Part shown: piece after piece, positions 17,417-28,248 of the stretch | How the letters are laid out: each line of letters starts with the position of its first letter | Numbering within the stretch: position 1 is the stretch's first letter | NCBI GenBank assembly: GCA_964609585.1 | Contig: CAZSRA010000004.1 | Coordinates: forward strand, 27,417-91,416 | Direction of reading: 5' to 3' | Length of the DNA: 64,000 bases | From: an uncultured Candidatus Saccharimonadales bacterium | Lineage (GTDB): Bacteria > Patescibacteriota > Saccharimonadia > UBA4664 | Translations under genes and position numbers: made by a program | Notes under the pieces: generated by a model | Told to the model about the DNA's origin: nothing | Databases searched by the model: none | Seen by the model: only the letters and a program-made list of their open reading frames with translations

Positions 17417-19630
17417 ATGGCTGCCAAGAAATCAACCAGGAAAACACGCAAGGCACCGGCCTCTAGGCGTTCTAAGGCAAAGGCGCGCAAGCTTTCGCCG
17501 GAAGCCCAGCGCGAAATATCGGCAGTGGTGCTAGGACTGCTAGCATTGTTGACAGCTTTTGCGTGCTTTAATTTTGGTGGCACGTTGCCGTCTGGAATGT
17601 TTCACGGTTTGCGAGTGGCGATGGGGTACGCGGCGTATCTTTTGCCGGTGATTTTTGGGGCTTTGGCGTGGATGCTGTTTCAGCCGGACAAATATACGGT
17701 GAAGGGGCTGAACTATTTGGGATTTGCGGGGTTGCTGGCTAGCTTGTCGGCATTGTTTCATATTGGGTTTGGGAGTACAGATGGTAGCCTGGCCGCTCAA
17801 AATGGTTTGGGCGGTGGGTATTTGGGGTATGGGATCTCGAGTTGGATGTTGATGGTGCTAAATAGCGTGGCGGCAAGTATTGTGCTGGTGGCGCTCATGG
17901 CAATTTTCTTGATTTTGGCGACGAACACGAATTTGAAAGCGCTGTTTGGCACGATTTTTGCCGGGTTTACCCGTGAGGGTAAAGAAAAGGAAGAGAAGGC
18001 GCCGGAGGTAAAGCCGGATCTTGCCCAGCTGACCGTGAACGACAACTCGGGTTCGCCGGTGACGACTTTGCCGATGCGCGGTGAGCTGAATGTGGGCGGG
18101 GCGAAGAAGACGGTGAGTGCTCCGATGCCGGAACAGCCGCAAGAGGCGCTAACGGCGAATTCGGAAGAGGCGTGGACGCCGCCGAGCTTGGATTTGCTCC
18201 AGGCAACGAGTACGAAGGCGGATGCCGGGGACGTGAAGGCGAACGCAACGACGATCCAGAGTACGATGGAGAGCTTCGGCATTCATGTGACGATGGGCGA
18301 GGTGAATGTGGGGCCAACAGTGACGCAGTATACGTTTATTCCGCCGGCGGGAGTGAAGCTTAACAAGATTACGGGGCTGGATACGAACTTGGCTTTGAGT
18401 TTGGCGGCGCACCCGATTCGGATTGAAGCGCCGATTCCGGGAAAGAGCGCAGTGGGAGTGGAGATTCCAAATAAGGCGATTGCAACGGTGCGGCTGCGCG
18501 ATGTGCTGAGCGCGCCGGAGATTAAATCACAGAAGACGCCGCTGACGTTTGTGCTGGGGCGGGACGTGAGTGGGACGCCGATGAGCTCAGATCTGGCGGC
18601 GATGCCGCACCTTTTGATCGCTGGGGCTACGGGCTCGGGTAAGTCGGTGATGATTAACGCGCTTTTGACGAGCCTGCTGTACCGGAATTCGCCGGCGGAT
18701 ATGAAGTTGATTTTGGTGGACCCGAAGCGGGTGGAGTTAGGGTTATATAACGATATTCCGCATCTTTTGACACCGGTGATTGTGGAGCCGGAGAAGTGTA
18801 TTTCGGCACTGAAATGGGCGGTGGCGGAGATGGAGCGCCGGTACAAGCTGCTGGCGGAGATGGGTAATCGCAACATTGTGGAGTACAACACGGCGCACAA
18901 GGGTGAAGCGATGCCATATATCGTAATTGTGATTGATGAGCTGGCGGACCTGATGGTGCTGGCGGCGGCGGATGTGGAGACATTGATTGTGCGATTGGCG
19001 CAGATGGCGCGCGCCGTGGGCATCCACTTGGTGCTGGCGACGCAGCGGCCCAGTGTGGATGTGATTACGGGTATTATTAAGGCGAATATCCCGGCGCGGC
19101 TGGCGTTTAGCGTAGCGAGCCAGATTGATTCGCGGACGATTTTGGACCAGATGGGGGCGGAAAAGCTTTTGGGTAAGGGTGACATGCTGTTTTCGAGCCC
19201 GGAATACATTAAGCCAAGGCGGATTCAGGGTGTGTATGTGGACGATAAGGAGACGAAGGCGGTTACGGATTATTTGCGGTCGGCGCGCTCGCCACAGTAC
19301 AACGATGAGGTGCTGGCGCAGAAGGTGTCGATTGGTAAAGGCGGTGGCGGAGGCGGCGGGGGCGACATGGGCGAGCCGGACGACGATATGTTTAATGAGG
19401 CGGCGGAGGCGGTGTTTCGAGCCGGGAAGGCGAGTGCGAGTATGCTGCAGCGGCGGTTGCGGATCGGATATGCTCGGGCGGCGCGGTTGTTGGATCTTTT
19501 GGAGGAGCGCGGGATTATTGGGCCGGCGGATGGGGCGCGGCCAAGGGACGTGTTGATTTCGAGTTTGGATCAGATTGGGTCTGGCGGTGATGGTGATGTG
19601 ATGCGGCAGGCGGAGCCTTACGAGGAGTAG
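17417..19630 (+). CDS. ftsK: DNA translocase FtsK/SpoIIIE
   Basis: N-terminal TM segments, Walker A GATGSGKS, gamma winged-helix C-terminus; Gly8 run. Confidence 0.9.
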   Translation: MAAKKSTRKTRKAPASRRSKAKARKLSPEAQREISAVVLGLLALLTAFACFNFGGTLPSGMFHGLRVAMGYAAYLLPVIFGALAWMLFQPDKYTVKGLNYLGFAGLLASLSALFHIGFGSTDGSLAAQNGLGGGYLGYGISSWMLMVLNSVAASIVLVALMAIFLILATNTNLKALFGTIFAGFTREGKEKEEKAPEVKPDLAQLTVNDNSGSPVTTLPMRGELNVGGAKKTVSAPMPEQPQEALTANSEEAWTPPSLDLLQATSTKADAGDVKANATTIQSTMESFGIHVTMGEVNVGPTVTQYTFIPPAGVKLNKITGLDTNLALSLAAHPIRIEAPIPGKSAVGVEIPNKAIATVRLRDVLSAPEIKSQKTPLTFVLGRDVSGTPMSSDLAAMPHLLIAGATGSGKSVMINALLTSLLYRNSPADMKLILVDPKRVELGLYNDIPHLLTPVIVEPEKCISALKWAVAEMERRYKLLAEMGNRNIVEYNTAHKGEAMPYIVIVIDELADLMVLAAADVETLIVRLAQMARAVGIHLVLATQRPSVDVITGIIKANIPARLAFSVASQIDSRTILDQMGAEKLLGKGDMLFSSPEYIKPRRIQGVYVDDKETKAVTDYLRSARSPQYNDEVLAQKVSIGKGGGGGGGGDMGEPDDDMFNEAAEAVFRAGKASASMLQRRLRIGYARAARLLDLLEERGIIGPADGARPRDVLISSLDQIGSGGDGDVMRQAEPYEE

Positions 19631-19829
19631 GCTGGTTCGCTAGGTTTGTTTCACGGAGCTGGTGGGTTCGGCTGCGGCCATAAACTCCTTCTTTGCGAGC
19701 GAACTCGACCTTCTGGCTGGGTGTAAGTTTTGTCTTGTCGGGCGCGGTCTGCGGGCGGAGTTTGTGGCCTGCGCTCTACCCCTTATGCCTTTATCTCTAT
19801 CTCGGCGGGATAGCTGGTAAGATAGGGGC

Positions 19830-20789
19830 ATGGCAGATGATTTGAAAAAAATGACGGTGGGGCCAACGCTAAAGGCTAGGCGACAGGCATTGCGACTGAG
19901 TTTGGCGCAGGTTGAGCTGGATACGAAGATTCGGGGAAAATTTTTGACAGCGCTGGAATCGGGCAATTATGCGAGTTTGCCAAATGATATTTATTCGCGT
20001 GGATTTGTGCAGCATTACGCTAACCATTTGGGCCTGGACGGTGCGGCTGTGGCGGCGGCATATGTGAGTGAGCGAGGTGGGGTAGAGCAGGCGGACACGA
20101 AGCGACCGAGGCTGGCGCGGTCGAGGCGGCTGGTGTTTACCGGACGCATTGTGGCGGTATTTGCGGTGCTTGGGCTGGTGGTAGCGGTATTGTGGTATTT
20201 GCTCTGGCAATTTTCGGTGCTGGCGGCGCCACCAAGTTTGAGTGTGAGCTCGCCCGATGCTGACCTTGTGCTAACAGGAGAAGATATGACGGTGGGCGGA
20301 CACGCAACTCCAGGCTCGGATGTGACGGTGAATGATTCGCCGGTACTCACGGATACGGATGGGAATTTTAGTGAAAAGGTGGCTTTGCAAGACGGGGTGA
20401 ATATTATCCGCATTGCAGCTCGGAGCAAGCTGGGGAAGTCCACGGTGATTACGCGAAATGTGCTGGCAAAGTTACCGAAGGTGGATCCGGCGGCAGCAAC
20501 GGTCCCGGCGGCGGTGTTTGATGGAGTGGCGGTGGCGGTGAGCGTGCGAGAGACGACTTCGATTGTTGTGGTGGTTGATGGAGCAGAGGCATTTCGTGGG
20601 ACGTTTGTGGCGGGCAAGAGCTTGGTGTTTACTGGCAAGACAGACGTGAATGTAACGACGGGGAATGCGGGCGCGACGAGCATTATGATGACGAATAGCG
20701 TGGCGGTGAATAAGAAATTGGATCCGTTGGGCAAGGAAGGCGAGATTCGGCGGGGTCAGGATTTCGCGAAGGATACGGTAATTCCCTAG
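19830..20789 (+). CDS. RodZ-like HTH (XRE) membrane protein with DUF4115-like C-terminus
   Basis: N-terminal HTH LSLAQVELDTKIRGKFLTALE, single TM, C-terminal beta-rich domain. Confidence 0.6.
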   Translation: MADDLKKMTVGPTLKARRQALRLSLAQVELDTKIRGKFLTALESGNYASLPNDIYSRGFVQHYANHLGLDGAAVAAAYVSERGGVEQADTKRPRLARSRRLVFTGRIVAVFAVLGLVVAVLWYLLWQFSVLAAPPSLSVSSPDADLVLTGEDMTVGGHATPGSDVTVNDSPVLTDTDGNFSEKVALQDGVNIIRIAARSKLGKSTVITRNVLAKLPKVDPAAATVPAAVFDGVAVAVSVRETTSIVVVVDGAEAFRGTFVAGKSLVFTGKTDVNVTTGNAGATSIMMTNSVAVNKKLDPLGKEGEIRRGQDFAKDTVIP

Positions 20790-20853
20790 GCCCATTTGAG
20801 GCCTTAAATGGGGTCATATGCTACACTAAGCGCGACAAGGGAGGTTTTAGATT

Positions 20854-21351
20854 ATGGCTAAAGATTTTTCGTTTGATGTGGTGAGTGATTACGACGTGGC
20901 CGAGATGGGCAATGCCGTGGATCAGGCGCAGCGTGAGCTAGGTCAGCGATTTGATTTTAAGGGGACGGCCGCTAAGCTGGAATTTTCGGACGGGAAGACC
21001 GGGGTACAGATTGAGGGTGAATCGCGCAACCAGTTGGATTCAATTTTGGACATGTTTCAGAGCAAGTTGGTGAAGCGAGGGGTGTCACTGAAGGTATTGG
21101 ATATGAGCCGCGAGCCAGTGCAGGGCGGCAAGGAAATGCGCTGGAACGTGCCTTTTAAGAAGGGACTTGATCAGGACAAGGCGAAGCAGATTACTAAGTT
21201 GATTCGCGATCAGTATCCTAAGGCGAAGGCTCAGATTCAGGGGGATGCGGTGCGGGTGAGTTCTACGAGTAAGGATGACTTGCAGGGGGTAATGGCGGCG
21301 CTTAGGGAGGCGATATTTGATTTTCCGCTGGATTTTCAGAACTATCGTTAA
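20854..21351 (+). CDS. yajQ: YajQ family nucleotide-binding protein (UPF0234)
   Basis: 165 aa, MAKDFSFDVVSDYD... typical YajQ. Confidence 0.85.
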   Translation: MAKDFSFDVVSDYDVAEMGNAVDQAQRELGQRFDFKGTAAKLEFSDGKTGVQIEGESRNQLDSILDMFQSKLVKRGVSLKVLDMSREPVQGGKEMRWNVPFKKGLDQDKAKQITKLIRDQYPKAKAQIQGDAVRVSSTSKDDLQGVMAALREAIFDFPLDFQNYR

Positions 21352-21443
21352 GGGTTTTTGAGTTCTTCTGGGGAAATGTTGACTTACGGTTTTTGTTCGG
21401 TTACCATAGACCCATATAGATAACCAGATCAAAGGACGATACA

Positions 21444-22508
21444 ATGAGCACTGAAGTAGCGGAGAAGGTAGTGATGGAATCCAAGGCAGAGAAGGCGGCT
21501 AAACCGGATAAGACGACAGCCGAGAAAACCGAACGGCTAAAAGCGATTGATCTGGCTATGGCGCAGATTGAGAAGCAGTTTGGTGCTGGTTCTATTATGA
21601 AGCTGGGTGAGGCGCACAAGATTGATGTAGCGACGATTCCCACTGGCTCGTTGTCGCTGGACCTAGCTTTGGGTGGGGGATTGCCGCAGGGTCGGATTAT
21701 TGAGATTTATGGGCCGGAATCGAGCGGTAAAACTACTCTCGCTTTGCACGCGGTGGCTGAAGTGCAGAAGTCGGGCGGAGTGGCTGCGTTTATTGACGCA
21801 GAACACGCTTTGGATCCGGAATATGCGGCGCGGATTGGGATTAATTTGGATACGCTTCTCATTTCGCAACCAGATACTGGTGAGCAGGCACTGGAGATCG
21901 TAGAGACGCTGGTGCGGTCTTCGGCCGTGGATATTGTAGTAGTAGATTCCGTGGCGGCCTTGGTACCGAGAGCTGAAATTGAAGGCGACATGGGTGATGC
22001 TCATGTGGGCCTGCAGGCACGACTTATGAGCCAAGCTTTGCGTAAGCTTACAGGTGTCATTTCGAAGAGTAAGACGACCGTGGTGTTCATTAACCAGTTG
22101 CGTCTCAAGATTGGCGTGATGTTCGGCAACCCTGAGACGACGGCTGGTGGGCAGGCACTTAAGTACTATGCTTCGGTGCGAATGGATATTCGTGGATCGG
22201 AGCAGATTAAGGACGGTGATTTGTCGATCGGTAAGCATGTGAAGGTGAAGATCGTTAAAAATAAGGTGGCAGCGCCTTTTAAGGTGGCTGAGTTTGACAT
22301 CATGTTTAACGAGGGCATTTCCACCGCTGGCGATTTGATTGATCTAGCGGTGAAGTTTGATCAAGTAGCTAAGAGTGGCGCTTGGTATTCTTATAAAGAT
22401 GAGAAGATTGGGCAGGGCCGGGAAGCGGCTAAGCAATTCTTGAAGGATCATCCCGAGATCATGAAGACGCTGGATGCTAATATTCGTAAGCTGGCTCAGG
22501 CCAAGTAA
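21444..22508 (+). CDS. recA: recombinase RecA
   Basis: Walker [11 protein letters not shown]1/L2 loops. Confidence 0.97.
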   Translation: MSTEVAEKVVMESKAEKAAKPDKTTAEKTERLKAIDLAMAQIEKQFGAGSIMKLGEAHKIDVATIPTGSLSLDLALGGGLPQGRIIEIYGPESSGKTTLALHAVAEVQKSGGVAAFIDAEHALDPEYAARIGINLDTLLISQPDTGEQALEIVETLVRSSAVDIVVVDSVAALVPRAEIEGDMGDAHVGLQARLMSQALRKLTGVISKSKTTVVFINQLRLKIGVMFGNPETTAGGQALKYYASVRMDIRGSEQIKDGDLSIGKHVKVKIVKNKVAAPFKVAEFDIMFNEGISTAGDLIDLAVKFDQVAKSGAWYSYKDEKIGQGREAAKQFLKDHPEIMKTLDANIRKLAQAK

Positions 22509-22511
22509 GTA

Positions 22512-23129
22512 GTGCCGGTAGTCACCGACATCAAAAAGCAGCGACGGGTTGGTTCGAATAGATTCAATGTGTCGATTGACGGAGTTTATGCGTTTACGAT
22601 TTCAGACTTAGATTTAAGTATGAGTAGTTTGCGAATTGGGAGCGAGCTTACTCCAGCAGAGTTGGAAGAATATAAACAAAATGCAGATGAAGCCAAGGCT
22701 TATGCCTTGGCTCTTCGCTTTTTGGGTGTACGCCTAAGAAGCCGGCGAGAGTTGCAGGATTATTTGGTGCGCAGGGGCTGTGAACCAGACGAGTCGGAGG
22801 TGGCGCTGGAACGCTTAGAAAGATTGGATCTCGTAGATGATACGCGTTTTGCTAGGGCTTGGATTGCCGATAGACAAGCACTTAGGCCTCGGAGCAAGTT
22901 GCGGCTAGCGCAAGAATTGATGGCAAAGGGTGTGGCACGAGAAATAATTGACCAGGTTCTTCGTGAAGTGGAGCCTGATGGTGAGCTAGAAGCACTGAAG
23001 ACATTGATTGGACGTAAGCGTCGATTGGCGCAGTATCAAGACGCGAACAAGCTTACGGCCTACTTGCAGCGACAAGGTTATCGCTGGGAGCTTATTAAAA
23101 ATGCCTTGGAGGTGGTGGAATTAAACTAA
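22512..23129 (+). CDS. recX: regulatory protein RecX
   Basis: GTG start 4 nt after recA; RecX three-helix repeats. Confidence 0.8.
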   Translation: MPVVTDIKKQRRVGSNRFNVSIDGVYAFTISDLDLSMSSLRIGSELTPAELEEYKQNADEAKAYALALRFLGVRLRSRRELQDYLVRRGCEPDESEVALERLERLDLVDDTRFARAWIADRQALRPRSKLRLAQELMAKGVAREIIDQVLREVEPDGELEALKTLIGRKRRLAQYQDANKLTAYLQRQGYRWELIKNALEVVELN

Positions 23130-23272
23130 GTGCAGGCTGATAAAGCTTAGTTGGCGGTGACGAGGCGGTAAACAAGAACAAATGCTACAGCCCAAATAGC
23201 TAGAATAATTAACACAGGGAACTTCTGTTTATCTAAGGCGAGTTTAGCTTAAGGGATTTGTGAAAGCAATCA

Positions 23273-23809
23273 CTAAACTTCGGGCAAAGAATCGCTTGAG
23301 AGTAGGGGGCCGGTGGCTGTGGCATCGCGAACCGTGATCCGTTCTGGGGTGATGTCGAGAATTTGAGAGCGATCGATTAAGAGACTTGAACCAAACCAGG
23401 CTTGGAAGAGCGATTTGTAGACATGAAGCTTTTGAACTCGATTTGTATCAAGGTTGATCGTATAGTCACTTACGATTCCGAGTTTGTGATCGGAATCGGT
23501 TACAACTGGCTGGCCGATTGGGGAGTAATGGGTGCTCATGTTTGCCGTAAATCGAACAATATCGCTGGGATCAGTTAGTGCGTCCTCGTCGTCAATAATG
23601 AGGCAGTCGGGAGCGTATTGGCGAATATCGCTAGGCATGAGGAGGAGTCGCCTGGCGCGCGAACTTTGGCATAGGAGCGCTACTATTTCAAGAGTGCTGA
23701 TTTCAAGAATCGGTTGATTGACTAAGGCCACTGCTTGACCCGTTTGCAGACTAATAATAGGTTGGCCTGTAAGCTGGCTGAGCAGAGAATACATGCGCTC
23801 ATTGTACAC
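23273..23809 (-). CDS. PRC-barrel domain protein (two PRC-like repeats)
   Basis: GQAVALVNQPILEI... and GQPVVTDSDHKLGIVSDYTINLD motifs. Confidence 0.4.
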   Translation of the reverse strand: MYNERMYSLLSQLTGQPIISLQTGQAVALVNQPILEISTLEIVALLCQSSRARRLLLMPSDIRQYAPDCLIIDDEDALTDPSDIVRFTANMSTHYSPIGQPVVTDSDHKLGIVSDYTINLDTNRVQKLHVYKSLFQAWFGSSLLIDRSQILDITPERITVRDATATGPLLSSDSLPEV

Positions 23810-23841
23810 CTCGAATCTGGTCGTTTAGGACAAGAGTTTGG

Positions 23842-23870
23842 TTGACTATATTGGCAAACTTGGTTACAAT
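23842..23870 (+). promoter_or_regulatory. predicted sigma70 promoter of rpsF-ssb-rpsR operon (TTGACT-N17-TACAAT)
   Basis: read directly; followed by ~90-nt leader with two hairpins (23899..23925, 23929..23945). Confidence 0.5.
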
Positions 23871-23964
23871 TGGTTAGTTTTACAACTAATTAACCTTTTT
23901 ACGTGCGTAGTAAAAACGTACGTAACTGCGGGTTTTAAACCCCGGTTTCCAAAGAAAGGAAGCA

Positions 23965-24330
23965 ATGCAAAAAACATACGAATTAGTAGTGCTCTTGCAC
24001 CCCGACCTTGAGATTGACGTGGAAGCGCCGATCGCGAAGGTAGAGGGGCTTGTAGCGGCTGTGGACGGGAAGGTCCTGAAGCGTGATAACTGGGGCAAAA
24101 AGCGCCTGGCTTATCGAATTGCGCGTCAGGATTTTGCGATTTATGTCTACTTTGAACTGGAGCTCGAGCCTGAAAAGGTGCAGGAGCTTGATCGAACTAT
24201 TTTGATCACTGAAGAGGTGTTGCGACACATTTTGGTGGTGCACGAGGAAAATCCGACTCGTAGTGAAGCGAAGGCGAATGAGAAGGCTGAGAAGAAGCCT
24301 GAAGTAACGGTCGAAGAGGGAGCTGAATAG
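23965..24330 (+). CDS. rpsF: 30S ribosomal protein S6
   Basis: 121-aa ORF matching S6 family; conserved rpsF-ssb-rpsR gene order. Confidence 0.9.
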   Translation: MQKTYELVVLLHPDLEIDVEAPIAKVEGLVAAVDGKVLKRDNWGKKRLAYRIARQDFAIYVYFELELEPEKVQELDRTILITEEVLRHILVVHEENPTRSEAKANEKAEKKPEVTVEEGAE

Positions 24331-24333
24331 AAG

Positions 24334-24798
24334 ATGGCAAAGAGCTTTAACCAAGCAATCATCATGGGTAATCTAACGCGTGACCCAGAGCTACGGTCGA
24401 CGCCAGGCGGTCAGCAGGTGGCATCATTTTCGGTTGCTACGAACCGGACCTGGATGGACGGTAGTGGCGAACGCAAAGAGGCCGTAGAATACCATGAGAT
24501 TGTGGCTTGGGGAAAGCTCGGAGAACTGGCGGCTCAGTATCTAGCCAAGGGTCGTAAAGTGATGGTGGTGGGCCGCTTGCAGACCCAGAGCTGGGAAAAA
24601 GATGGAGTGAAGCGTCAGCGTACTGAGATTGTGGCAAGTGACGTTAACTTCTTGGACGGTCCCGGCGGGGCGCCCATGGGTGGCGGTGCAACCGGCTCTT
24701 CTGCTGGGGGATCAGCTCACTCGTCCAAGTCTGACGACGTGGTGATCCAGGATCTGGACGCTAACTCTAATATTAATCTAGACGATATTCCGTTTTAA
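24334..24798 (+). CDS. ssb: single-stranded DNA-binding protein
   Basis: OB fold, Gly-rich tail ending DDIPF. Confidence 0.9.
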   Translation: MAKSFNQAIIMGNLTRDPELRSTPGGQQVASFSVATNRTWMDGSGERKEAVEYHEIVAWGKLGELAAQYLAKGRKVMVVGRLQTQSWEKDGVKRQRTEIVASDVNFLDGPGGAPMGGGATGSSAGGSAHSSKSDDVVIQDLDANSNINLDDIPF

Positions 24799-24809
24799 CT
24801 TAAGGAAAT

Positions 24810-25031
24810 TTGATGGCTAATTTTTATTCAAAAAAGGTTTGTCGGTTTTGCGCCGAGAAGGTTGAATACATTGATTATAAGGACGTGAAGCTTTTGCAGC
24901 GCTATCTTTCGAGCTACGGCAAGATTGAGGGCCGTAAGCGCACTGGTAATTGCTTGCGCCACCAGCGTCGAGTCGCTGTGGCTTTGAAGCGTGCACGCCA
25001 CATTGCTTTACTACCGTTTACGGTTCGGTAA
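24810..25031 (+). CDS. rpsR: 30S ribosomal protein S18
   Basis: 73-aa ORF matching S18 family; completes the rpsF-ssb-rpsR arrangement. Confidence 0.9.
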   Translation: MMANFYSKKVCRFCAEKVEYIDYKDVKLLQRYLSSYGKIEGRKRTGNCLRHQRRVAVALKRARHIALLPFTVR

Positions 25032-25037
25032 TCCGGC

Positions 25038-25607
25038 ATGGCAACGGTTTACGGGCACACAGATCTGAAGATTGGGGTACTGGTGGAGCTGGATGGCGCA
25101 CCGTACCGTGTAACTGATTATTCGCACCATGCGATGGGTCGCGGCGGAGCAGTCGTTCAGGTGAAGCTAAAGAATTTGCTCACTGGTGGTGTAGTGGAGA
25201 AATCTTTCCGGAGCTCGGATAAGATTCAGCCGGCTGATGTGTCGCGGGTGAATATGCAGATGCTGTACCGCGAAGGCGACAATTTAGTGTTTATGAACAA
25301 CGAAACCTACGACCAGGAAACGGTGAGTACGGACGTGCTCGGCGATCAGGCGAAATATGTGGCCGATGGTACGGCCGTGCAGCTGCAGATGTTTAACGGG
25401 CGCGTGATTGGCCTCGATATTCCGAACGCGGTTTATTTGGAAGTAGTGGCGACTGAGCCGGGTGTGCGCGGGGATACTGCGACGGCGGCGCTGAAGCCGG
25501 CAACGCTTGAGACAGGTGTGCAGCTGATGGTGCCGCTTTTCATCAACGAAGGTGACAAGATTAAGGTGAATACGCTTTCAGGAGCTTATTTGGAGCGTCA
25601 GAAGTAA
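25038..25607 (+). CDS. efp: elongation factor P
   Basis: 189 aa, KOW-like N domain. Confidence 0.9.
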   Translation: MATVYGHTDLKIGVLVELDGAPYRVTDYSHHAMGRGGAVVQVKLKNLLTGGVVEKSFRSSDKIQPADVSRVNMQMLYREGDNLVFMNNETYDQETVSTDVLGDQAKYVADGTAVQLQMFNGRVIGLDIPNAVYLEVVATEPGVRGDTATAALKPATLETGVQLMVPLFINEGDKIKVNTLSGAYLERQK

Positions 25608-25615
25608 GGGCTGAT

Positions 25616-26374
25616 ATGGCCAAGCTACGGCTGGACGTTTTGATGGTGGAGCGGGGACTGGCAGCAACACGCAGCCAGGCTCAGGCTTTGATTATGGCGG
25701 GACAGGTGTCGGCGGATGGCAAGCGGTTGGATAAGCCGGGTATGTCGATTGATGCGGGTGCCGCGCTGCATGTGAAGGATCAGCCACGGTATGCGAGCCG
25801 GGCCGGGGATAAGCTGGCCTCGGTGGCCGAGGGGTTTAACCTCGACTTTGGAGGCAAGATAGTGCTCGATGTGGGCTCATCTACGGGTGGTTTTACCGAT
25901 TTTGCATTGCAAAATGGGGCGACAAGAGTGTACTGCGTGGATGTGGGGACGGGCCAGTTGGCGTATAAACTGCGTCAGGACGAGCGGGTGGTGGTGATGG
26001 AGCAGACGGATATTCGGGACGTGACGGTGGGCGAGGGGCCAAAGGGCATTCCGGAGCCTGCAGATATGGCGGTGATGGATGTGTCGTTTATATCGCTGAC
26101 GAAGGTGCTTGAAGTTACTGGAGCGTTGGTGAAGCCTGGTGGGGCGATTGTGGCGATGGCAAAGCCGCAATTTGAGGCGGGTAAGTTGCTTGCGGACAAA
26201 TATCACGGTGTGATTCCGATAGGGCCTGAACGCGATGAGGTGTTGAGGGAGCTGCGAGAGTGGATCCGCGAACAGTTTGAGATTGTGGCCGAGGCTGATT
26301 CGGGTTTGAGTGGCGCTGAGGGGAATGTGGAGCATTTTTTTAATTTGAGGAATATTACGGGCAATGGCGAATAA
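25616..26374 (+). CDS. tlyA: TlyA family rRNA 2'-O-methyltransferase (S4 + FtsJ-like)
   Basis: S4 domain then [16 protein letters not shown] motif. Confidence 0.85.
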   Translation: MAKLRLDVLMVERGLAATRSQAQALIMAGQVSADGKRLDKPGMSIDAGAALHVKDQPRYASRAGDKLASVAEGFNLDFGGKIVLDVGSSTGGFTDFALQNGATRVYCVDVGTGQLAYKLRQDERVVVMEQTDIRDVTVGEGPKGIPEPADMAVMDVSFISLTKVLEVTGALVKPGGAIVAMAKPQFEAGKLLADKYHGVIPIGPERDEVLRELREWIREQFEIVAEADSGLSGAEGNVEHFFNLRNITGNGE

Positions 26375-28241
26375 ACCAGACTACTACAAGCAGGCAGCCG
26401 AAGATCGATTAGGTTTCTGGGAGGCGCAGGCTAAGCGCTTAAGCTGGGCTACGCCCTGGACGCAGGTGCTGGACTGGCAACCGCCGTTTGCGAAATGGTT
26501 TGTGGGTGGGAGCTTGAATGTGGCTTATAACTGTGTGGACCGACACGTGGAAGCGGGCAATGGTGACCGGGTGGCGATTTATTTTGAGGGTGAACCGGGC
26601 GACAGGCGGATAATAACGTATGCGGATTTGCAGGCGGAGGTGAGCCGGGCGGCAAATGCTTTAACGGCGCTTGGGGTGGTGAAGGGCGACCGGGTGGCGA
26701 TTTATATGCCAATGATTCCAGAAGCGGCGGTCGCGATGCTGGCGTGTGCTCGGATTGGCGCGCCGCATACGGTGGTGTTTGGCGGGTTTTCGCCGGATTC
26801 GTTGCGGACGCGGATTGAGGACGTGGGTGCGAAACTGGTGATTACGGCCGACGGCGGTTACCGCAAAGGGGTGCCCAGCGCGTTGAAACCGGCTGTGGAC
26901 GAAGCAGTGGCTGAGGTGCCAGCGGTAGAGCATGTGCTGGTGGTGAAGCGCACAGGACAGTCGGTGGCTTGGACGGAGGGGCGCGACGTGTGGTGGGACG
27001 ACGTGGTGGGCAGGGCGAGCTCTGAGCACACACCGGAGGCGCACGACTCTGAGCATCCACTGTTTGTGCTCTATACATCCGGAACGACGGCTAAGCCGAA
27101 GGGCATAATGCATACGACTGGTGGGTATCTAGCGCAGACTGCTTTTACCCACAAAATTGTTTTTGATCTGGAAAATGATAGGGACGTGTACTGGTGCACG
27201 GCTGATGTGGGCTGGATCACTGGGCACTCGTATGTGGTGTATGGGCCGCTTGCGAACGGGGCGACGCAGGTGATGTATGAAGGAACGCCGGACACGCCGA
27301 ATCAGGGGCGTTGGTGGGAAATTATCCAGAAATATGGGGTGACGATTTTGTATACGTCGCCGACGGCGGTGCGGACTTTCATGAAATGGGGCGATGACAT
27401 TCCGGCGCGGTACGATTTGAGCTCGATCCGGCTGCTGGGTTCGGTGGGGGAACCGATTAATCCGGAGGCATGGCTGTGGTACCGAAAGCACATTGGTGCT
27501 GGTACGGCCCCGATCGTGGATACATGGTGGCAGACGGAGACGGGTGCGATCGCGGTGAGTCCGCTGCCGGGTGCTGAGGCCAAACCAGGAGCGGCCATGA
27601 GGGCGCTGCCGGGCATGAGCGTGGATGTAGTGGATGAGGCTGGTAAGCCGGTGCCTAAGGGCGAGAGCGGCTACATTGTGCTCACTGAGCCGTGGCCGTC
27701 GATGTTGCGCGGCATTTGGGGCAATCCTGAACGGTATAAGGATACGTACTGGTTGCGTTTTGCAGGTATGTACTTCCCGGGCGACGGGGCTAAGCGCGAT
27801 GAGGATGGCGACATTTGGCTGCTCGGCCGGGTGGACGACACCATGAACGTGAGTGGGCACTTGCTTTCGACGGCTGAGATTGAGTCGGCGCTAGTGAGCC
27901 ACGCGGCGGTGGCTGAGGCAGCGGTGGTGGGTGCGAGCGACGCCACGACGGGCCAGCGGGTGGTGGCATTTGTGATTTTGCGGGCAGATGCGGACGCTAG
28001 TGATCTGGCGGTGCTGGTGGAGGCCTTGCGCAAGCATGTGGGCCGTGAGATTGGCCCGATTGCCAAGCCGAAGCAGATTATCGTGGTGCCAGAATTGCCG
28101 AAGACGCGCTCGGGCAAGATTATGCGCCGACTGCTGCGCGATGCGGTGGAGCATCATGCTATGGGCGATGTGACGACGCTGATGGATAGTTCGGTGATGG
28201 AGGCGATTGCGGCGGCGTTGAACTCAACGAACGCTGCTTAA
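26364..28241 (+). CDS. acs: acetyl-coenzyme A synthetase (AMP-forming)
   Basis: [14 protein letters not shown]-binding motif, 625 aa. Confidence 0.9.
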   Translation: MANKPDYYKQAAEDRLGFWEAQAKRLSWATPWTQVLDWQPPFAKWFVGGSLNVAYNCVDRHVEAGNGDRVAIYFEGEPGDRRIITYADLQAEVSRAANALTALGVVKGDRVAIYMPMIPEAAVAMLACARIGAPHTVVFGGFSPDSLRTRIEDVGAKLVITADGGYRKGVPSALKPAVDEAVAEVPAVEHVLVVKRTGQSVAWTEGRDVWWDDVVGRASSEHTPEAHDSEHPLFVLYTSGTTAKPKGIMHTTGGYLAQTAFTHKIVFDLENDRDVYWCTADVGWITGHSYVVYGPLANGATQVMYEGTPDTPNQGRWWEIIQKYGVTILYTSPTAVRTFMKWGDDIPARYDLSSIRLLGSVGEPINPEAWLWYRKHIGAGTAPIVDTWWQTETGAIAVSPLPGAEAKPGAAMRALPGMSVDVVDEAGKPVPKGESGYIVLTEPWPSMLRGIWGNPERYKDTYWLRFAGMYFPGDGAKRDEDGDIWLLGRVDDTMNVSGHLLSTAEIESALVSHAAVAEAAVVGASDATTGQRVVAFVILRADADASDLAVLVEALRKHVGREIGPIAKPKQIIVVPELPKTRSGKIMRRLLRDAVEHHAMGDVTTLMDSSVMEAIAAALNSTNAA

Positions 28242-28248
28242 AGTTTTT

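Noticed and set aside
17417-19630. Arg-rich ORFs on either strand inside ftsK (e.g. 18283..19209-, 19125..19556+)
   Set aside because: Shadow ORFs of a G3-rich gene with no independent signals.
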